DNA of 64,000 nucleotides from positions 96,001 to 160,000 of the IMG/VR virus record IMGVR_UViG_3300032234_000388. The stretch is one strand, 5' to 3'. The notes under the pieces are model-generated. The model saw only the letters and a list, made by a program, of their open reading frames with translations, was not told the DNA's origin and did no database searches. Positions 58,840 through 64,000 of this stretch are shown piece by piece (position 1 is the first letter of the stretch; the number at the start of each line of letters is the position of its first letter). Source of the DNA: a virus (taxonomy: Duplodnaviria > Caudoviricetes). The position numbers and the translations under genes were made by a program.

Positions 58840-59274
58840 TTATTTTGCCTGAGATTGTTCTAAAAGACGCTGTCTAAGTATGTTTGATCCGCCAACTCTG
58901 ACGTTTATAATGCCATTATAATAGTCATCTGTTTCTAAAACTCTGCGTTCAAACTGTTCTCTTGCCTCTAAGTAGCTAAGTTCTGCCTTGGATTTGCAAA
59001 GATATAATATTTCTCTAGTGAAGTTTTCCGGACCTAATGCTTGGACGTCTGCGTTTAACCTATCAGATGAACCCCAGTATTCGCGCCAATCGCTTTCTAC
59101 TGTGCTTCTTCTTTTAAGTTTTTTGCCTTTGAGTGGGGGTTTAGTGCGTTTGAATTGTGCTAATTTCTTGCCTATGTACTTCTGTCCGGATTGTAGATTC
59201 GTGATGATGTAAACAAAGCCAATGTAGCCTTCTGGTATTTCTTCTACGGGTTGATTTTGATACGTCCATTGCAC
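58840..59274 (-). CDS. denA: GIY-YIG endonuclease, T4 endonuclease II (DenA)-like
   Basis: GFVYIITN..KYIGKK..SDW..YWGSS..F.REIL..E..YYN. Confidence 0.75.
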   Translation of the reverse strand: MQWTYQNQPVEEIPEGYIGFVYIITNLQSGQKYIGKKLAQFKRTKPPLKGKKLKRRSTVESDWREYWGSSDRLNADVQALGPENFTREILYLCKSKAELSYLEAREQFERRVLETDDYYNGIINVRVGGSNILRQRLLEQSQAK

Positions 59275-59505
59275 TCACTTAATTACCTTGGGTGGTCTGC
59301 CTAGCTTGCCTTTTCTGGCTAATTTTCTTTGTTCTCGCTTTTCCTGTATTTCTACTCGCCTAGTTGATGCCTCATTGCGTATTTCTGATAGCCAATATCG
59401 TGCCTTGATAGCTGCTTCGTCTGAGCCTCGGTATTCAAACCGTTCCTGCCACTTAAAATATTCTTGAAAAGCAGCAATCATTTTATCGTGTGCTTCGGTT
59501 GTCAA
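59275..59505 (-). CDS. Small basic hypothetical protein
   Basis: Coupled to gp46 and denA; AA..AR..L.EIR...RR.EIQ helix; C-terminal GRP AT-hook-like motif. Confidence 0.6.
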   Translation of the reverse strand: MTTEAHDKMIAAFQEYFKWQERFEYRGSDEAAIKARYWLSEIRNEASTRRVEIQEKREQRKLARKGKLGRPPKVIK

Positions 59506-61283
59506 GCAACAATCTCCACATCATTTGAATAACTAGTAAATCCGTTTTCTTTAATAACCTTGAGTACGTGATTCACACGACTGGTTAGGTCGTCTCTATG
59601 TGAAATTAAGAATACATTCTTATCACGCTCGCGAGTCATACGCTTCAATACGGCAATACTTGATTCAACACCACTAGCATCCATGCCTGAATCAACTAAC
59701 TCGTCGATAAACAACAAGTTGATGCTATGATACAAGTTTTCCCACACATCGCGGAATGCCCAGCTCATAGATAAAATCAATCTATTACGCTCACCCCTAG
59801 ACAAATTATCAAAGTCTAGATCCTGTCCTAGCTGTGTAATTAACACACTTAGATCATTCTGGAATTCAACAATGTGAGGCAATCCAATCTTATCGAGATA
59901 ATAGGTTAATCTTTGATTTAAGAATGCTAAATTCTGATCAATAATACGTTTGCGAACAAAACTATCTTTGTTAGTCAATAGTTTGTATAAGAATTCCTGA
60001 TGTTCTTTGACTCTAACTAGAGCATTGACTGATTCCCAGTCAATTTCTTGTACCGCTGTCTTTTTAAGTTCTTCAATCTGTTCAAGATACGGATTAGTTT
60101 CAGCACTCTTAATAGTTAATTCTTTTTCTAAACTAATAACTGTGTTCTTGTGATTCAAAGCTTCTTCTAGTGTATCGTATTGTACCTTAGGACAGTCACC
60201 TAACTCGCCTAGTTCTTTTAAGGCAAGCTCAGTTTCCATAATAACTTCGCCTAAATCTTCGAAAGCTACACTAGCATCGCTGAGATCTTTTCTAGCAGCC
60301 GCAAGAACAGCTTCATGTTTAGCATCGTGAAACTCTTGACCACAAGTATGACACTGATGATTTTCTAAACTGGCAATTTCTTTTTCAATTTTATCGCATC
60401 GCTTGCGTTCTCGATCTTGTTCTAATTTAGAACGTTGCATAGCTGACGTGAGATCGTTAATATCCTTACGCTTTTGATTATACGCAACAAGTGCCCGATG
60501 ATTTAATATCTCTTGCTCCGAGTCAATGTGACTTAAAACGTCAATACTTTTTAAAATATTTTCAACATTCTTTTCTTGAGTTTCGTCCCATAAGCGTTGT
60601 TTACGCTCTAAAGCTTCGATACTTTGTTGAATTCTATCATTACTGGCCTTGACAGTTTCAATACGAGTATTTTCAGTTTGAATAGCATCCTTGCTAATAC
60701 GAATCTGTTCTTTAAGATTTTCTGCTTTTTCAGAAAGTAGTGTAATACCTAACAACTGTTCAATGATATTACGTTGATCGGCTGCCTTCATAGACAAAAA
60801 CGGTTCTGTGTAAGTATTCAAAGCCACAAGATGTTTGAACATGTCGTGGCTCATGCTCATCATTTCTTCGATGGCCTTTTGTGTTTCACGACTGTCGCCT
60901 TGACTTTCGTCTAGGTCTTCTAGTTGCTGCTCGGTTCCGTTGATGCTAAATCTTAATAAGTTGGGTTTACGACCGCGTTCGATATGATACTCGATCCCAT
61001 CTTTTTCAAAAGTAACTGTACACAACATGCCTTTGCCGTTGATCTTGTTAACCAAGTTGTCTTTCTTAATGTTGGTCAGAGCTTGACCGTAGATAGCATA
61101 GCTCAAGCCATTAATAATAGTAGTCTTACCAGTACCATTACGAGCACCGCTATCATCACCGCCTAGGTCCATATTTTCACCTAGCACTAAGGTAAGCTGA
61201 CCTTTGTCAAAATCGATGGCCTGGGTTTGATTGCCCACACTCATAAAGTTGCGTACTGTTAGATTTTTAATTTTTATAGTCAT
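59502..61283 (-). CDS. gp46: Recombination exonuclease ATPase subunit (gp46, Rad50/SbcC-like)
   Basis: NFMSVGN, Walker A NGTGKTT, CHTC hook, LSRGE signature, LFIDE, ISH. Confidence 0.95.
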   Translation of the reverse strand: MTIKIKNLTVRNFMSVGNQTQAIDFDKGQLTLVLGENMDLGGDDSGARNGTGKTTIINGLSYAIYGQALTNIKKDNLVNKINGKGMLCTVTFEKDGIEYHIERGRKPNLLRFSINGTEQQLEDLDESQGDSRETQKAIEEMMSMSHDMFKHLVALNTYTEPFLSMKAADQRNIIEQLLGITLLSEKAENLKEQIRISKDAIQTENTRIETVKASNDRIQQSIEALERKQRLWDETQEKNVENILKSIDVLSHIDSEQEILNHRALVAYNQKRKDINDLTSAMQRSKLEQDRERKRCDKIEKEIASLENHQCHTCGQEFHDAKHEAVLAAARKDLSDASVAFEDLGEVIMETELALKELGELGDCPKVQYDTLEEALNHKNTVISLEKELTIKSAETNPYLEQIEELKKTAVQEIDWESVNALVRVKEHQEFLYKLLTNKDSFVRKRIIDQNLAFLNQRLTYYLDKIGLPHIVEFQNDLSVLITQLGQDLDFDNLSRGERNRLILSMSWAFRDVWENLYHSINLLFIDELVDSGMDASGVESSIAVLKRMTRERDKNVFLISHRDDLTSRVNHVLKVIKENGFTSYSNDVEIVA

Positions 61284-62290
61284 AGGTCTTGATAAATTTT
61301 TAATAACATCGACTTGTCATAGCTATCGCTTTCGATAGCGTTAATTTGATTCATAACAATTGTATCTACTGATTCAAAGTTAATATCAATAGGAACAGCA
61401 TTAGATTCAACCTCTACTTTTTCTGGAATTAACATTAACTCACGCAGATTATACTGAGGCATAAACTGTTCTTTGATAAAGTTAGCTTCTTCAAATGTAA
61501 TAGGCAAGTCAATAGTAACACGACAGTGCATTTTATCACGCAATAATGCATCTGGGGTGTCAATAATTTGACTGAGCTTGTAAGTTCTATACGTAGGCTG
61601 ATCCGGCCATGAGCGATATTCTGGTTTACCGCCCCACTCTAGTATCATCATGCCGCGATCATCGTCGCCGCTGTCTGCGTAGTTGTGTGGAAAAGCGTTG
61701 CCAATGTATGTGACATTGCCTTTGCTTTGACGTTTATGAAAATGTCCACTAAACACATATTCTTGATGACCAAAATGCCCCGCCTGCAACTGCCCGTGGT
61801 CTGGCATTTGCACCATGGCATTCATATAGAACAGCGGCAGTTCTAAGTGACCAAACACATAGCGGCTTTTAAGTTTAGAAACAGACTTCCACTCGTCACC
61901 TACTAGCCAAGGCATAATTGTCACATCGCCCTGTGTAAGTGTTTCCCTGATAGGAACGATATTAGGAAACAGTCTCATAAACTCTACAGAGTTAATTTCA
62001 CGTTTGTCTTTGTAAAACAAATCGTGATTGCCTAGAATAAAATAAACTTTTTCAAAACTTTGACTGAGTTTTTCTAAGTTGCTAACAGTATAGTTCATAG
62101 TACTAACATCAGTAGTACTACGATTGTGATGCCAGTCGCCTAGGAAGATTGCAGTTTCGCAACCTTGCTCCTTAGCAGTATCACAGAACCAATTTACAAA
62201 TTCTTCGCAATCCTGATTGTGTGTACGGCTACCGCTTTTAAGCCCAAAGTGTATGTCGGTGAAACAAGCTACTTTTTTAAATAGATTCAT
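61280..62290 (-). CDS. gp47: Recombination nuclease subunit (gp47, Mre11/SbcD-like)
   Basis: DIHFG, LGD, GNHD, GHLE, SGHFH. Confidence 0.95.
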   Translation of the reverse strand: MNLFKKVACFTDIHFGLKSGSRTHNQDCEEFVNWFCDTAKEQGCETAIFLGDWHHNRSTTDVSTMNYTVSNLEKLSQSFEKVYFILGNHDLFYKDKREINSVEFMRLFPNIVPIRETLTQGDVTIMPWLVGDEWKSVSKLKSRYVFGHLELPLFYMNAMVQMPDHGQLQAGHFGHQEYVFSGHFHKRQSKGNVTYIGNAFPHNYADSGDDDRGMMILEWGGKPEYRSWPDQPTYRTYKLSQIIDTPDALLRDKMHCRVTIDLPITFEEANFIKEQFMPQYNLRELMLIPEKVEVESNAVPIDINFESVDTIVMNQINAIESDSYDKSMLLKIYQDL

Positions 62291-62296
62291 AGATAT

Positions 62297-62325
62297 ATTA
62301 TACTACCTTAATTTGAAAAGATCAA
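62297..62325 (-). promoter_or_regulatory. Sigma70-type promoter TTGATC-N17-TATAAT for gp47 (probably leaderless mRNA)
   Basis: -35 at 62320-62325, -10 at 62297-62302, ATG 6 nt downstream with no SD. Confidence 0.65.
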
Positions 62326-63179
62326 TCAGAGTCCGATCCGCCGTCACCTGTACCACCTACAGACGGACCAGCAGCAATATTAACACTGCCTCCTGAATTT
62401 TGACGACTCCAACTTGGATTCATGCCATTCATTTCTAATATGTCGTCTCGAATATTTTGATTACGTTTTTCAATATTAATAATACGCACAAAACTATTGG
62501 TCACTGCAGCAGTATAGTAGGCAAATGGATTATCGCTTTTGCTTTCGTCAAACTGTAGTCCAATCTGTGTTAATTGTAAAATGGCCTGACCACGCATTTC
62601 GTCGTTGTAGGTATAGCCCCGAACGTTGCCTCTAGTGGCATAACGTTCACACAATTTCAAAAACATACGAGCTAGATTATCAGTCATCTTACCGTATTCC
62701 TTATTAAACTCACCGGTGACTAAATCTCCCTTCCAGTGACTTTTTCCTACACAAATTAAATTGTTGTTGGCATCAAACTTCCAATGTTGAAATGGAGGAA
62801 AATTAACCTTTTCGTGACTGTCTGCAGTATTCTTCAGTGTCTTTTTACGACCCGGAGCTAACGGCACATGAGTAAAAGTCATGACTCTAAAAACTACATC
62901 TTCTTTCTTGATAGTTTTATAATCAATCTCAAATTCTTTAGCCGGTAGCTTTTTACCGCCCGCAAGTACAGCGGCTTCGTGTGCTAGTTTAGCTAGTCTG
63001 CTAGCACGATTGCGTTTGGCCTCTGCAATAGTTCGAATGTTAATTTTTTCTACACTAGGCACAATAAGATCATAATCTGCAAATGCTTTGTCGGTGTAGG
63101 AACAGTAGGTATTTTTGCTGCGGTGTATTTCTTTCAACAAATCTTTGTTGGTAAGATACTTTATTTTTGGTACATTCAT
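62322..63179 (-). CDS. gp55: Late-transcription sigma factor (gp55-like)
   Basis: Y..NK.LL; N.RGYTY.DEM...A; FD..KS.NPFAYYT....NSF.R.I..EK; gp55-gp47-gp46 synteny. Confidence 0.9.
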   Translation of the reverse strand: MNVPKIKYLTNKDLLKEIHRSKNTYCSYTDKAFADYDLIVPSVEKINIRTIAEAKRNRASRLAKLAHEAAVLAGGKKLPAKEFEIDYKTIKKEDVVFRVMTFTHVPLAPGRKKTLKNTADSHEKVNFPPFQHWKFDANNNLICVGKSHWKGDLVTGEFNKEYGKMTDNLARMFLKLCERYATRGNVRGYTYNDEMRGQAILQLTQIGLQFDESKSDNPFAYYTAAVTNSFVRIINIEKRNQNIRDDILEMNGMNPSWSRQNSGGSVNIAAGPSVGGTGDGGSDSD

Positions 63180-63227
63180 TAATTATAATTCTCCTATTAG
63201 TAATATAATAGCACATTTTGTCAAGAA

Positions 63228-63233
63228 TAAATA
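63228..63233 (+). promoter_or_regulatory. Late promoter core TAAATA
   Basis: Upstream of SD AAGGA and ATG 63262. Confidence 0.6.
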
Positions 63234-63261
63234 GACTATATGACAAGGAAATTCACTCAAA

Positions 63262-64000
63262 ATGCCACTTTCGATTAATCCTATTGCTCAACTTGTTGCT
63301 TCGGTTTCCTCCAGCATATCTCAATCCACAAACGAAGCATCTTCGTTTGCTTCGGGATCTAATATGCTAGAAAAAGCCAATTTAGATTCAAAAATTGGCC
63401 AGCTATCTGGAGGTTTAAATTCAGGTCTTAACGGTCTATCGAGCAATGCTAAAGGCGCTTTTGGACAGCTGTCTGATAGAACATCAGCAATTGGCGGCGT
63501 GCTGCCAGGGGCAACTGCATTAGGCGGTATTGGTAATAGTATCACAAGCACAGTCTCCGGCGGTGTTAACTCATTACAAAGTGTTGCTGGGTCAACCAGT
63601 AATCTAACTGCTGACATTGCCGGCGGTCTTAATAAGTTAGCCGGAGGTAGTCTTGGCGGCGGTCTCATGAGTCTTGCAGGTTCTATTAGCAAAGCCGCCG
63701 GCATGTTAAACAATGTACTTAGTTTAAAGAGAGGAGTCAACCTGCCATCGGGAGCAGAATCTTTTATCAGACAAGGCCAAGCAATTCAACTTAATGCCTC
63801 AGCAAAAAACGATTGGCGGGTAAGAATTAACTGTCAGTGGAATATTTTTAATAGTCCGCTGTTTGCACTATTAGAAAACACAGGCGGTGTGGTTTGGCCA
63901 TACTTGCCAAATATCACAGTATCGACTAAAGCAGACTATTCTGCACTTAGCACCACACACAGCAACTACACTAATTATGCCTACAAAAGCAGTATGGTAG
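63262..64000 (+). CDS. Partial baseplate/tail-tube initiator-like protein (runs off the window)
   Basis: Open frame MPLSINPIAQ..; Gly/Ser-rich N-part, then DWRVRI..L..TGG.VWPY.P.I...A.Y..H.NY. Confidence 0.6.
   Translation, partial: MPLSINPIAQLVASVSSSISQSTNEASSFASGSNMLEKANLDSKIGQLSGGLNSGLNGLSSNAKGAFGQLSDRTSAIGGVLPGATALGGIGNSITSTVSGGVNSLQSVAGSTSNLTADIAGGLNKLAGGSLGGGLMSLAGSISKAAGMLNNVLSLKRGVNLPSGAESFIRQGQAIQLNASAKNDWRVRINCQWNIFNSPLFALLENTGGVVWPYLPNITVSTKADYSALSTTHSNYTNYAYKSSMV

Noticed and set aside
63190-63224. Sigma70 promoter for gp55 (TTGACA at 63219-63224, minus strand)
   Set aside because: No good -10 hexamer at 16-18 nt spacing, so left uncalled
63321-63740. 139-aa minus-strand ORF
   Set aside because: Antisense to the open + frame from 63262, which has a late box and SD

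Overview
This window is 64 kb of a T4-like (Tevenvirinae-related) myophage genome; the host cannot be identified from the sequence. From 1 to 15.4 kb lies an AT-rich enzyme island: five flavin-dependent tryptophan-halogenase-like genes and about 11 Fe(II)/2-oxoglutarate oxygenase genes (TIGR02466-like, DUF6445-like, JmjC), arranged as two convergent operons around a small late gene. From 15.5 to 47 kb is a minus-strand virion/fibre region. It holds three Gly/His-rich paralogues, two giant paralogous fibre-like proteins (2.6k and 1.9k aa), an Mtd-N/beta-propeller protein, LamG and PA14 adhesin-like proteins and one more oxygenase. From 47 to 57 kb are the head genes (gp23, gp22, gp21, acidic core, gp20), a tape-measure-like gene and gp26/gp51-like hub genes. 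From 57 to 64 kb are internal-protein-like genes, a denA-like GIY-YIG nuclease, gp46, gp47, gp55 and a partial baseplate gene. TAAATA late-promoter boxes recur throughout. The most notable observations are: (1) a late-promoter-driven halogenase/oxygenase cassette beside His-rich fibre genes, a candidate virion protein-tailoring system; (2) a ~400-nt highly structured non-coding element directly downstream of the GIY-YIG nuclease; (3) a -1 frameshift signal linking the gp26- and gp51-like ORFs; (4) a covarying two-hairpin leader shared by two paralogous genes; (5) a 101-nt identical block between the two giant paralogues. All family assignments come from motif recognition, not database searches.
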